The notes under the pieces were generated by a model, which saw only the letters and a list, made by a program, of their open reading frames with translations, was not told the origin of the DNA and did not search any database. Positions 44,222 through 53,126 of a DNA stretch of 64,000 bases are shown one piece after another. Origin of the DNA: a virus; IMG/VR virus record IMGVR_UViG_3300027754_000003, positions 1 to 64,000 of that record; one strand, given 5' to 3'. The position numbers were made by a program, and so were the translations under genes. Every line of letters begins with the position of its first letter. Within the stretch, counting starts at the first letter, position 1.

Positions 44222-44623
44222 TTAGTCGTTAACAACCGTCACGTTTGGTCGGTTCATGTGACCACCTGAGTTATATGAGTACTCAAACTGTGGCATGTCA
44301 TCGCCTGCCATTGCACCTTCAACAAACTCTGAAAGCACTGATGGCGCTTCAACCCACGATGCTGAACCAACATGAGCACGTTCACGCATGGTGTCTGCTG
44401 CATGCTTGTAGAACATCTCTGGGTTGTTCTGGTTCATTCGCAAAGGCGATGGTGCGGTGTCCTCGTAGGCTCCACGACCAAAGTCGTTTGGAACGTCAGT
44501 GTCTGTTGCGACACCTTCTTCAAAACGGAGAGGTCCTTTGTTGCCTGGGATGCTTGGGGCCATGTTGCGTTCAAAAACGGTTGAGTCCCGTTCAGGAAAC
44601 ATTGGCGATGGTGCTACTGTCAT
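44222..44623 (-). CDS. conserved phage protein (GPLRFEEG...ERAHVGSA)
   Basis: Strong AAGGAG RBS and its own TGGTATTCT promoter. Confidence 0.75.
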   Translation of the reverse strand: MTVAPSPMFPERDSTVFERNMAPSIPGNKGPLRFEEGVATDTDVPNDFGRGAYEDTAPSPLRMNQNNPEMFYKHAADTMRERAHVGSASWVEAPSVLSEFVEGAMAGDDMPQFEYSYNSGGHMNRPNVTVVND

Positions 44624-44663
44624 GTGTTACTCCTTGGAAAATAAGGTTTCCATAAGAATACCA

Positions 44664-46229
44664 CTAATTGAAAAAGGGATTTTCGCCAACTTGAATAGTG
44701 GGCATGGCATCGTACACAGACATGGCACAGGCAAGAGCCAATGAGTCTGGGTAGTCGTCAAATGCGCCCTTCTCATTAGGGGCTTCAGCCAACATATATG
44801 GACCACGATAGACCTTTTCAAGGTCATTCATCTGCTGATTAAAGCGCTTCCATGAACGGGTACGGCGAGCCTTAGAGTGTCCTGGGATTACTAATTGCTC
44901 ACGTTGAATCAATTCAGTTAGGTGTACCCAACGCTGGTTTTGATTTTTAGAGTCAGAAGTCATTGAAATCACTTCTATCTGGGGTAGCAAAATCTTAAGT
45001 CGTTCTGCCACAGCACCACCGACACCTTGTGAATCCACACCAATACGAAGAACATCGTAGTTTCTTAGGAAGTCAATGATTTGAAAATACTGCTGTTCCC
45101 ATTCTTGGTCGTTGATTTCTAGCCAGTTAAGAATGCGGTGCTCGTAAAAACCAAAAGGGTCTGGATGGTCCCAGTCAACCCAGCAGACAGTTACTACGGT
45201 AGAGTCGTTTGAACGAGCAACGTCAATCCCCACTACTACAGGAGTACGCCACCACTGTTTTACCAACGGCATAGATGGGTCGTAAAGTCTTTCCATACGT
45301 TCCTCAGTGACGAACATTCCCTTTTCCAACATCCATCGGTTGCAATACGACATCTGAAATTCGTCAGAGTCTTCACCAATGCGGAGTTTTTCTTTAGCAA
45401 TAAACTTCCCATAGTTAGAGTTGTATTTAGAAGCAACTTTGTAGTCGTACTCAAAATGGCAATCTCGTATTACTTTCCTGCTTTGGTTAATACGCCGTTT
45501 GTTGTATTGAATCATCTTGTAGAAATAGGACTTGTTACGAGAAGCCGTTCCAGTGAGCATGATGCTCCCGTTGTTAAACGCCAACATCGGCTTGATTGAC
45601 TTGGTAATCATAAACTCATCGGCTTCCTGAGCCTCGTCAATAAGCACAAAGTGGTAGGTCTTTGACTCAATCTTTGCCTTTGGGTTACAGGTCTGCATTC
45701 GGCAGATAGAACCAGAGCGCTTCATGGTGATGATTTTTCCCTTACCACGAGTACCACCAGAGGTAGCCTTGTCATCTAGTTCAGGGTCAAGGAGAAAACC
45801 AAGAGCGTGGTCGCTAGTCAAACGACTGACAATACGGCTAAACACGGTGTCTGCTTGGTCTTCAGTTGGGGCAAATACTCCAACCCAGAAACCTTTTTCA
45901 AACTTAGATAACCACGTTGGATAGATGCCTGAAAGTTTTGGAAGGATAACCATCATTGATGCAAGCACGTTGGAAAGCACTTCTGATTTACCAGATTGGC
46001 GAGTTGCAATTAAAGTTATTTCTTCACCGTCACCTAAGACAATGGACTCAATGATTCGGTACGCAATAGGGATTTGGTACGGAAATAGTTCAACATTGCA
46101 AAATTGCTCGGTAAAGAGAACCAGTTTTGTAACTAACTGGTCAACAAATTCAGCCGAGGTTTCGTCAAGTTCCTCAACTAATTCTTCGGCTAGTAACTCT
46201 TGTTCTTGGTCCAATAGGGAATCCGACAT
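44664..46229 (-). CDS. terL: terminase large subunit
   Basis: Walker A TRQSGKS, LIDEAQ, LTGT, nuclease GIDVA..DSTV, DDYPDSLALA. Confidence 0.93.
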   Translation of the reverse strand: MSDSLLDQEQELLAEELVEELDETSAEFVDQLVTKLVLFTEQFCNVELFPYQIPIAYRIIESIVLGDGEEITLIATRQSGKSEVLSNVLASMMVILPKLSGIYPTWLSKFEKGFWVGVFAPTEDQADTVFSRIVSRLTSDHALGFLLDPELDDKATSGGTRGKGKIITMKRSGSICRMQTCNPKAKIESKTYHFVLIDEAQEADEFMITKSIKPMLAFNNGSIMLTGTASRNKSYFYKMIQYNKRRINQSRKVIRDCHFEYDYKVASKYNSNYGKFIAKEKLRIGEDSDEFQMSYCNRWMLEKGMFVTEERMERLYDPSMPLVKQWWRTPVVVGIDVARSNDSTVVTVCWVDWDHPDPFGFYEHRILNWLEINDQEWEQQYFQIIDFLRNYDVLRIGVDSQGVGGAVAERLKILLPQIEVISMTSDSKNQNQRWVHLTELIQREQLVIPGHSKARRTRSWKRFNQQMNDLEKVYRGPYMLAEAPNEKGAFDDYPDSLALACAMSVYDAMPTIQVGENPFFN

Positions 46230-46250
46230 ACCCTACAAGCCTACCTCACT

Positions 46251-46487
46251 TTAGAAAAGTGATAGTTGGTCAGGGTTATTAGGGGCAAATAGGCGGCGTT
46301 GTTCTTCCATTTCTTCCACTACCTTTTCTACCTGACGGAGAAAATCATGCATGTCTGCTGTGTCTGCAACTAGTCGGTAGTCAATTCTCTTTAGCAACCC
46401 ATTGTGTGGGAATGCTTGAACACGAACCGCTAGGTCATTGGCTAACCCAATGGTTTGGTCCATCTTAAGTTCTTCAGGTGCTCTCAT
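46251..46487 (-). CDS. hypothetical protein with a C-terminal QLSLF clamp-binding-like motif
   Basis: Ends DQLSLF. Confidence 0.65.
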   Translation of the reverse strand: MRAPEELKMDQTIGLANDLAVRVQAFPHNGLLKRIDYRLVADTADMHDFLRQVEKVVEEMEEQRRLFAPNNPDQLSLF

Positions 46488-46726
46488 TGTTTCCTACTCT
46501 CTAGTTCTGACCAAATTATTTGTAATGCTTCCACACAATCGCTAACTTCACTTGCAGGAGCATCTTTAAATCTCCAGGCATCAAAAGAAGCGCCTAAAGA
46601 CATGATTGAATTATCCATCCAACCATACAAAGCGGAGTTGTCTAATTTAGAGGCTCGTTGCTGTGCCTTGCTTGGCGGAAGTTTATCATGTGATTTTTCT
46701 TCCTTTTTAAATATTCCTAGTGCCAC
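46484..46726 (-). CDS. hypothetical protein
   Basis: 80 aa coupled ORF. Confidence 0.65.
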   Translation of the reverse strand: MALGIFKKEEKSHDKLPPSKAQQRASKLDNSALYGWMDNSIMSLGASFDAWRFKDAPASEVSDCVEALQIIWSELESRKQ

Positions 46727-46986
46727 TGCTTTATCTCCTCTACTGTTGTATCCATCTCACGACCACCAAGAGCAAATAGTAGTCCTTCTCTTTCACCTTT
46801 GATGTTGTTCTTTTTGCATACTCCAAATTGTAATAAATACTTACCAAACTTTAATTGTGGTCCTTTACCTGTTCGCCAGTACCCACCAAGTTCTTGACAT
46901 GTACCCATAGCAATATGCGGAATGTTGGGCGTACCTGTATTGCGAACAATCCAATAAAAAGACCAAAACCCACGAACTTTATTCAT
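46717..46986 (-). CDS. hypothetical protein
   Basis: 89 aa ORF; cgcTAGTAT promoter close to the ATG. Confidence 0.65.
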   Translation of the reverse strand: MNKVRGFWSFYWIVRNTGTPNIPHIAMGTCQELGGYWRTGKGPQLKFGKYLLQFGVCKKNNIKGEREGLLFALGGREMDTTVEEIKQWH

Positions 46987-47004
46987 GGTTTTAGATACTA
47001 GCGG

Positions 47005-47565
47005 TTATTGCCAGTCAAGTGGGAGTTGACCCTGTCGTGTATCTTGTTTCTCAATACCAGGATAACCTTGATCTGCTTGTTGTTGGCTAAACGCACCGTG
47101 TTGTAGTTTTTTACCTAACGGGGTTGCTTGTTGCCTATTGAAGTGGTCTGGGTCGTAATCCACATAACCACCACTCATACCGCCAGTATTAAAAGTTTTA
47201 CCCTTTGACAAGGCTTCGTAGAAACTTTTTGCTTGGTACACAGGGACATTGTTGAATACGTACTTGGTTGGGTTCTTCCTTCCCTTCTTTCCACGAAAGT
47301 CCATGTAGATATCCCCCACCATAGTTTCTGGGTTAAAGAAGTACTGGACAAAAGTAAAGCGAGTACTATCTTGTCCGTTGGTTCGTTCACCCAGCATGTC
47401 ATCAGTTGCGTTATCCACGCCACCACTGTTGGCTACCCAAGGGTCAAAGCACTCTTCTCGGTTAAACAAGTTTTCTTTTGTTTGTTCATCAGAAAGGGCA
47501 AACGCCTGTAAAGAGTCCTTGATTCTTGCTTTACCAGCGTTTCCTAAACCTCGTGCTCTAGCCAT
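47005..47565 (-). CDS. KTSC-like domain protein
   Basis: STRF..VQY...F...YVFNNVP....SF.EALSKGKTFN; leaderless TATAAT-N6-ATG. Confidence 0.65.
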   Translation of the reverse strand: MARARGLGNAGKARIKDSLQAFALSDEQTKENLFNREECFDPWVANSGGVDNATDDMLGERTNGQDSTRFTFVQYFFNPETMVGDIYMDFRGKKGRKNPTKYVFNNVPVYQAKSFYEALSKGKTFNTGGMSGGYVDYDPDHFNRQQATPLGKKLQHGAFSQQQADQGYPGIEKQDTRQGQLPLDWQ

Positions 47566-47602
47566 ACCCTAATTATAGATTACTTCCCTAAGAAGTAGTT
47601 TA

Positions 47603-48469
47603 TTACCTTTGTTCCCGTACAGCCCTTGCAATTCCTTCTTCAAGGGATATCTTTGGGGTGTAGAAAGAAAGCATTTTCGTAGGGTCGCAAACACGATATT
47701 GAACACCTTCTGGTGCTCCAATTATTCTTTCAAACTCAGGAGAGTAACCGCATTCAGTTGCTACTAAAGTTGCCAAGTCATTAAATGAGGTAACTCGCCC
47801 AAGCCCTAAGTTTACTGGACCTTGTATGTCTTGTTGTACGGCTTCTAATGTTGCCGCAACAACGTCTTCCATGTGTATAAAATCTCTTACTTGGTTTCCT
47901 GAACCCCAAATTTTAAATGGATTTGCTTGCTCTACACCACGTTTAATAAAAGATGGGAAAGGGTAGTCAAGCGACTGGTCTTCTCCGTATCCAGAAAACG
48001 GTCTGAACACATGGACTCTTAGCCCTTCTTTTTCTGCATAACTTGCAAGCATCTCTCCAGTTAGTTTTGCCCAACCGTATGTGTAGTCAGGAGATTGAAT
48101 GTTGTTTAAATCAATATCCGACTCAGTTAGGTGGTGCGTAGAACCATAATCTTGTAACTTTATTGGATAAGCAGCCGAAGAAGAATAATAAATAATCTTT
48201 CCTGGTTTTGTTCTTAACGCCCACTGAAACAATTCAGAATCAATTGCGAGGTCTACTGCGACAGATAGTGGCTCGCCCTCTATGGTCGCCCTTCCTCCAA
48301 CAATTGCCGCTAAGTGAACAACGAGGTCAAAGTGTGTTTCATCTGTTGCAAAAAACTTACGAGCATCTATTCCGTTTTTTATGTCTACACCTGTGATGTC
48401 GTGACCATCAAGCGCTTTGTGGAAATATCCCCCAACAAACCCTGCATCGCCAGTAATAAGAATTTTCAT
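47603..48469 (-). CDS. NAD-dependent nucleotide-sugar epimerase/dehydratase
   Basis: ILITGDAGFVG, HLAA, SSSAAY, YGWAK, RDFIH. Confidence 0.93.
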   Translation of the reverse strand: MKILITGDAGFVGGYFHKALDGHDITGVDIKNGIDARKFFATDETHFDLVVHLAAIVGGRATIEGEPLSVAVDLAIDSELFQWALRTKPGKIIYYSSSAAYPIKLQDYGSTHHLTESDIDLNNIQSPDYTYGWAKLTGEMLASYAEKEGLRVHVFRPFSGYGEDQSLDYPFPSFIKRGVEQANPFKIWGSGNQVRDFIHMEDVVAATLEAVQQDIQGPVNLGLGRVTSFNDLATLVATECGYSPEFERIIGAPEGVQYRVCDPTKMLSFYTPKISLEEGIARAVREQR

Positions 48470-49026
48470 TTACATCCCCACATTCCATATATGTATGGTT
48501 CGCCAAATACTGTTGTATCCAACATAACAAAAACATCTGGAGTCCAGCCAGCATTCTTCAGAAGAGTTTCAACATCTTGCCTGCCCCAGGCCCAATAGTG
48601 CTCTTCATTTGTGTCATACCAAGCATCAATTGGGGTTGAAAGGACCAATGTTTGTGATTTACTTCTTATTAAGTTTAGGACTGAACTTGGGTCTTCAACA
48701 TGCTCAATGCTTTCTGAACAAATATACAAGTCAACATTGTCAATCTTTGGCAAATTAACTTCAAGAGGCCCAGAGTATTCATGACCCTTTGCATAATCTC
48801 CAAGTATTGTTTTTTTGATGCCTAGCGCTTTAGCGATTGCACCATTGCCGCAACTCAGGTCAGCAACTGATTCCGCCTTTGCCTGGTAAGCCATGTCTTT
48901 AGCGAGTTGTATTGTTGTATTTACTCTGATTCCATGCCCACGCCCATATATTGCATGGTCGTGTGGTGTGGGATAGATTTCTGCTAGTTCTTTAACAGTA
49001 TGGAACTCTCGTAATTTTTTTATCAC
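48466..49026 (-). CDS. SAM-dependent methyltransferase
   Basis: VADLSCGNG, CSESIEHVEDP, LVLSTP. Confidence 0.88.
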   Translation of the reverse strand: MIKKLREFHTVKELAEIYPTPHDHAIYGRGHGIRVNTTIQLAKDMAYQAKAESVADLSCGNGAIAKALGIKKTILGDYAKGHEYSGPLEVNLPKIDNVDLYICSESIEHVEDPSSVLNLIRSKSQTLVLSTPIDAWYDTNEEHYWAWGRQDVETLLKNAGWTPDVFVMLDTTVFGEPYIYGMWGCK

Positions 49027-49733
49027 CTGTGAACCGTCATGTCATGACCACGAGTTTCAATAGCACCAACCGATTCTGGGAAATGTCGTGCAATACAGTC
49101 TTCACGCACATATGTCGGAATTTTTAGATAGTGGAGTGCATCATGATGGAAGCATGGGTCGTCTGACATGTTCCTGTCCATATCCCACCTCCATCTAATT
49201 CCAGAGAATACATCTCTTGCAATAAAGATTGCTGCGGCTGATGCCATTGCATCCATCACTGGAAATGGATACTTGTCAATTACTGGACCACGCAAACCAT
49301 ATGTCGTAATGTATGGAGCGCAAAGAGGGTGGTTCATCTCCAACATTCTTGGAAGAATATCGTCTGGTGGCATGGTGTCAGCAGCAAGAAACAACATATG
49401 TGTGCATGCAGGATTTGACATTGCAAAATCATTTACCAAGTTCTGACCAACCGTGATGTGACGAACTCTGTTCTTGGTGCTGACTTCGGTGCGCCCATCA
49501 TCTAGTGAGTATGTCCAGTATGTTCCACCAATGGCTTCAAGGCGTTCAATAAACGGTTTAAGAGGTTCTAAACCACGAGCGTCTACCTGAATTGCTGCAA
49601 AATATGTAACATCAGTCCAATTCCCGAACTGCTGATACTGCTCTTTAACCTGTTCTGCATTTCGCATCCACGAACCCCAATGGTCTTCGTTATCCATCAC
49701 AAATGCATGCACTGTTGTTCCTACAACTATCAT
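49023..49733 (-). CDS. GT-A fold (GT2-like) glycosyltransferase
   Basis: THMLFLAAD, D.L.R.L.....C, I.R.VF, SDDPCF; DxD motif degenerate. Confidence 0.7.
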   Translation of the reverse strand: MIVVGTTVHAFVMDNEDHWGSWMRNAEQVKEQYQQFGNWTDVTYFAAIQVDARGLEPLKPFIERLEAIGGTYWTYSLDDGRTEVSTKNRVRHITVGQNLVNDFAMSNPACTHMLFLAADTMPPDDILPRMLEMNHPLCAPYITTYGLRGPVIDKYPFPVMDAMASAAAIFIARDVFSGIRWRWDMDRNMSDDPCFHHDALHYLKIPTYVREDCIARHFPESVGAIETRGHDMTVHR

Positions 49734-50812
49734 AACTCCAGTATCCTTTCCATCACTTCGTTCCAATCAAAGCCACGTTTTTCCATTGAAAATTGTTCCC
49801 TAACTACTTCGTAGTTTACCATTGCCTCATCTTTACGCATATTTGGGTCAAGTAGTTCCTTTAGGTGGTACTTCCATTCATCTGGGCTTTTGGCAATACG
49901 ACCTGCCCCAGCATCTGCAAGATACTGATATTCAGGTGAATACGAAGCAATAAAAGGAACACCAGCAGCGACATACTCAAGACCTTTGATAAAAGACTTT
50001 GCGTGGTTGAACTCAACATTGTTTAGGGGAACTAAACCAATGTCTATAGGTGGAAACAACCTAGGGTAATCAAGTATTGGAGCCATCGGCATAGTTGTTG
50101 ATTTCTGTCGGTAATGCCCAAGTTGTGAATACGCAAAAGGAGCATTTTCTGTGTGACCAGAATGATGAAAAGTTAAATTATGTTGTTTTAAAAACTTAGG
50201 AACGTGTGGATTAAGGCTTTCTAAGTCACTAGACCGCCAAGGTGTCGCACCAACCCAACCAACAACAGGCAATCGTTTTGCTTTATCCTTACGCATCTTC
50301 CAACGATAAATATCTATACCGTTGCGAACTAGAAACACATTCTTTCTCTTCTTTGAGTAGAAGTCGTACAAGAATGGAGTAGAAGTAATTACTGCATCGG
50401 CTTCGTCAATCATATGAAAGTAGTGGTCACGATTATTTTCTGGATTTAATTTTGGGTCTGTAGCCGCATACGCACGATTAGTTGGTTCAAGACCTTCAAA
50501 GAAATCGTCAATATCTACAACAATTTTTTGTCCCATTTTCTTTGCTATTTTTACCATGTCGGTAATTTCTTTACGCATTACCAACTTGAATACAAGAATT
50601 TCCCAACCGTGAACGGCTTTATCGTTAGCAACAATTAGCCCGTAGCCGTGTTCTTCGTGCCAGCGTGGGAAACCCATACCAACTCGCCAGCCAAACTTCT
50701 CTAACTCTTTCATAGGGAGAAAACAGCGATACCACGCACAACCGTTTGGTTGTAGTGGTTTTGTTCCGTGCGCCCAGTCGTATGTCAAAAAACCAATCGT
50801 TTTGTTACCCAT
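49730..50812 (-). CDS. GT-B fold (GT4-like) glycosyltransferase
   Basis: GCAWYR, VVDIDD, VGWVGA, DIGLVPL..FN..KSFIK.LEY.AAGVPFIAS. Confidence 0.88.
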   Translation of the reverse strand: MGNKTIGFLTYDWAHGTKPLQPNGCAWYRCFLPMKELEKFGWRVGMGFPRWHEEHGYGLIVANDKAVHGWEILVFKLVMRKEITDMVKIAKKMGQKIVVDIDDFFEGLEPTNRAYAATDPKLNPENNRDHYFHMIDEADAVITSTPFLYDFYSKKRKNVFLVRNGIDIYRWKMRKDKAKRLPVVGWVGATPWRSSDLESLNPHVPKFLKQHNLTFHHSGHTENAPFAYSQLGHYRQKSTTMPMAPILDYPRLFPPIDIGLVPLNNVEFNHAKSFIKGLEYVAAGVPFIASYSPEYQYLADAGAGRIAKSPDEWKYHLKELLDPNMRKDEAMVNYEVVREQFSMEKRGFDWNEVMERILEL

Positions 50813-50818
50813 GAACCT

Positions 50819-50995
50819 CTACTCTTCGTCTGTGTCACTACCCTTTCCAGCAACAGCAACGAAGTGTACAACAAGTCCAGCCACAGTAATCCACACGCCC
50901 CAGGTCAGGGTTTTCCCAGACAGGGTAATAAGAACCATGCCTGTTCCAGCCAATGTCCAAACTAGTCCATGCACTTCCTCAAAAAGTCTTTTCAC
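50819..50995 (-). CDS. small 2-TM membrane protein (58 aa)
   Basis: Read manually: GTG start with AAGGAG RBS; MKRLFEEVHGLVWTLAGTGMVLITLSGKTLTWGVWITVAGLVVHFVAVAGKGSDTDEE. Confidence 0.8.
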   Translation of the reverse strand: MKRLFEEVHGLVWTLAGTGMVLITLSGKTLTWGVWITVAGLVVHFVAVAGKGSDTDEE

Positions 50996-51074
50996 AATTC
51001 TCCTTAGTTAGGGTCGTTTTGCCTATTTACGCTTGTCTACGGGCCTCCTAGGAGGCTCTACGTGGCTTGTGGGC

Positions 51075-52649
51075 TTATCGTCTACGTCTAGATACGACTG
51101 GTGCAGGCAGTATAAATGATACCGTAGTGGCGGCTACCACGACACGGCGTACCCCTACAGATACAGTAGAATCCGTAGGAACGTAATTATCAAAGCCACC
51201 TTCAAAGACGTTAATTTCTTCTTCAAAGGCTTCTTTTACCTCTGTTGGCGCATTTTGTACAGCATCAACGATTGCTTGTGCTTGTTCTTCAGTTAACTCG
51301 CCAGTGTCTACTGTGGCGAAAATCTCAGTTGCTTGGTCAGCAGTTATGTTTTCCAGAACGGCTGCGCTCGTAGCAAGTTGTGTTGCTTGGTCGCTAGAAA
51401 TGTCTGTAGACAAAATGGTATCCACAACGTCTTGAACTTGCTCTTGGGTAATGTTGTCTGACTCCAAGATATTTAAAACCTCATCCAGAACCTCTGCGGT
51501 TATCTCAGTAAGGGTATCCAAGTTCTCAACCACGGCATCAACAATCTCTTGAACTTGCTCTTCTGTAATGTTGTCTGAGTTCAAAGCATCTACAACCTCG
51601 GACAAAATCTCTGGCGTAATTTCTGTAATGTTGGTCAGTTCTTCAACTACCGCATCTACTTCTTCTGCGGTAATTACGTTATCAACGACAGTATCTTCAG
51701 GGATAATTTCTTCAGGTGTAGTTGTGGTTGTGGTTTCTTCCTCAGTAGTATCAGGGTATGGTTCAGTTGTTGTTGTATCTGGCTCAATGGTCGTGGGCTC
51801 TGGCTCAGTTGTCGTGGTTGTTTCTTCGGGAAGCATCTCCTCTGGCGTGGGTTCCTCTACTACTGTCGTTGTGGTGCCTGTCGGTACTTCTACGACCTCT
51901 TCGGGAACGGCAGGGGCGATAGATGTTGTTGTGGTGCTTACTGGCATCTCCGTTGTCGTGGTACTTGGTTCTGGGACTGTTGTGGAAGTTGAAGAAGTCG
52001 TTGTCGTCTGAGGCTCAGTCGTAGATGTTGACGTTTCTAACGGCAGTGTCGTGGTCGTGCTTGATACTGTTGATGTTGTTTGGGGTACGGAAGAAGAAGT
52101 AGATGTTGTTGTAGAACTAGTGGTTGTTGTAGTTGTAGAACTAGTGGTTGTTGATTCAACAAGACCATTCCATAAAGACAAATTGCTAATTGTAAGATGC
52201 CCAGGTTGGCAGCAAGTATCTATTGAGTACTGGCGGAATGTGAACATATCACCTTCATTAACAGGTATAGATTTGGTTCCTGTTGCATTGTTCTGTTGTG
52301 TAAGCAAGGTGTACACGCCGTTAACCGCATACTGGGGTGGGTCATACACCCAACCATCATTGGTTTGATACGCCCACGTAAAATCAACTGTGTTCACATC
52401 GGCAGGGATTGTGGTTTCAATTTTGACCCAATGTGCTCCGCCACAAGGAGAACCTTGTGGTGCTAGTTGGTTATCAGGACCGTGCAAGGTAATACTGCTA
52501 CCAGAAACTTCAATGTACCCACCACAGTTTTGAGATTGACTGTATGTCCAGTTTCCAAGAGCATCTGCCTTAACAGAAGTAACTGGTGCAAACCAAGCCA
52601 GAAGCGCTACAGGGAGGTAAAACCAAAATCCTTTGCGTAGTTTAGGCAC
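51075..52649 (-). CDS. secreted, membrane-anchored mucin-like surface protein
   Basis: Signal peptide (..VKA|DA), Cys-containing beta domain, Thr/Ser/Pro stalk, acidic helical repeats, hydrophobic C-terminus then RRRR. Confidence 0.8.
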   Translation of the reverse strand: MPKLRKGFWFYLPVALLAWFAPVTSVKADALGNWTYSQSQNCGGYIEVSGSSITLHGPDNQLAPQGSPCGGAHWVKIETTIPADVNTVDFTWAYQTNDGWVYDPPQYAVNGVYTLLTQQNNATGTKSIPVNEGDMFTFRQYSIDTCCQPGHLTISNLSLWNGLVESTTTSSTTTTTTSSTTTSTSSSVPQTTSTVSSTTTTLPLETSTSTTEPQTTTTSSTSTTVPEPSTTTTEMPVSTTTTSIAPAVPEEVVEVPTGTTTTVVEEPTPEEMLPEETTTTTEPEPTTIEPDTTTTEPYPDTTEEETTTTTTPEEIIPEDTVVDNVITAEEVDAVVEELTNITEITPEILSEVVDALNSDNITEEQVQEIVDAVVENLDTLTEITAEVLDEVLNILESDNITQEQVQDVVDTILSTDISSDQATQLATSAAVLENITADQATEIFATVDTGELTEEQAQAIVDAVQNAPTEVKEAFEEEINVFEGGFDNYVPTDSTVSVGVRRVVVAATTVSFILPAPVVSRRRR

Positions 52650-52664
52650 GACCCATTATAGCCG

Positions 52665-52973
52665 TTAGGTGAGATTTTGAATTTGCCTTTGGTGGTCTGG
52701 CAATGCTTGATGTACAAAAGTGCCGTAAGCACTGATTGCTTGTAAGTACGCATACACACGTTGGTAGTTGTAGTAAATATTATGTTCTAGTGCGTCAACT
52801 ACTTCTGCCAAAACTTCTTTTGTTGTTTGAAGGATGTGCTCTTTCATTACATCAACAAATTCTGGGTGTTCCTCCACCAACTCAAAAAGGTCTGGAAAAT
52901 CTTGAAGTGTGTAAACGGAATTATTATAAGTAATGACAGGACCAATATTGCTTACATTAATTTTAAAAGACAT
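52665..52973 (-). CDS. hypothetical protein
   Basis: 102 aa ORF ending fibre cassette 2. Confidence 0.65.
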   Translation of the reverse strand: MSFKINVSNIGPVITYNNSVYTLQDFPDLFELVEEHPEFVDVMKEHILQTTKEVLAEVVDALEHNIYYNYQRVYAYLQAISAYGTFVHQALPDHQRQIQNLT

Positions 52974-52976
52974 GTT

Positions 52977-53126
52977 CTACCACTTTCCAATTGGGCATGT
53001 TTGTGATTCAAGCCTAGTCTTTATTTTCATAAAGCAACCACATTCTTTACATTGAAATGTTGGTTTAAAAAGACGATCACAATTTCTACAGATTTCTAAA
53101 CGCTTTTTTGTTAGTTCTTCGCTCAT
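52977..53126 (-). CDS. DUF6171-like Cys-rich small protein (49 aa)
   Basis: Read manually: MSEELTKKRLEICRNCDRLFKPTFQCKECGCFMKIKTRLESQTCPIGKW; ATGA-coupled. Confidence 0.8.
   Translation of the reverse strand: MSEELTKKRLEICRNCDRLFKPTFQCKECGCFMKIKTRLESQTCPIGKW

Noticed and set aside
51568-52368. Val-rich plus-strand ORFs
   Set aside because: Antisense of the Thr-rich stalk codons.
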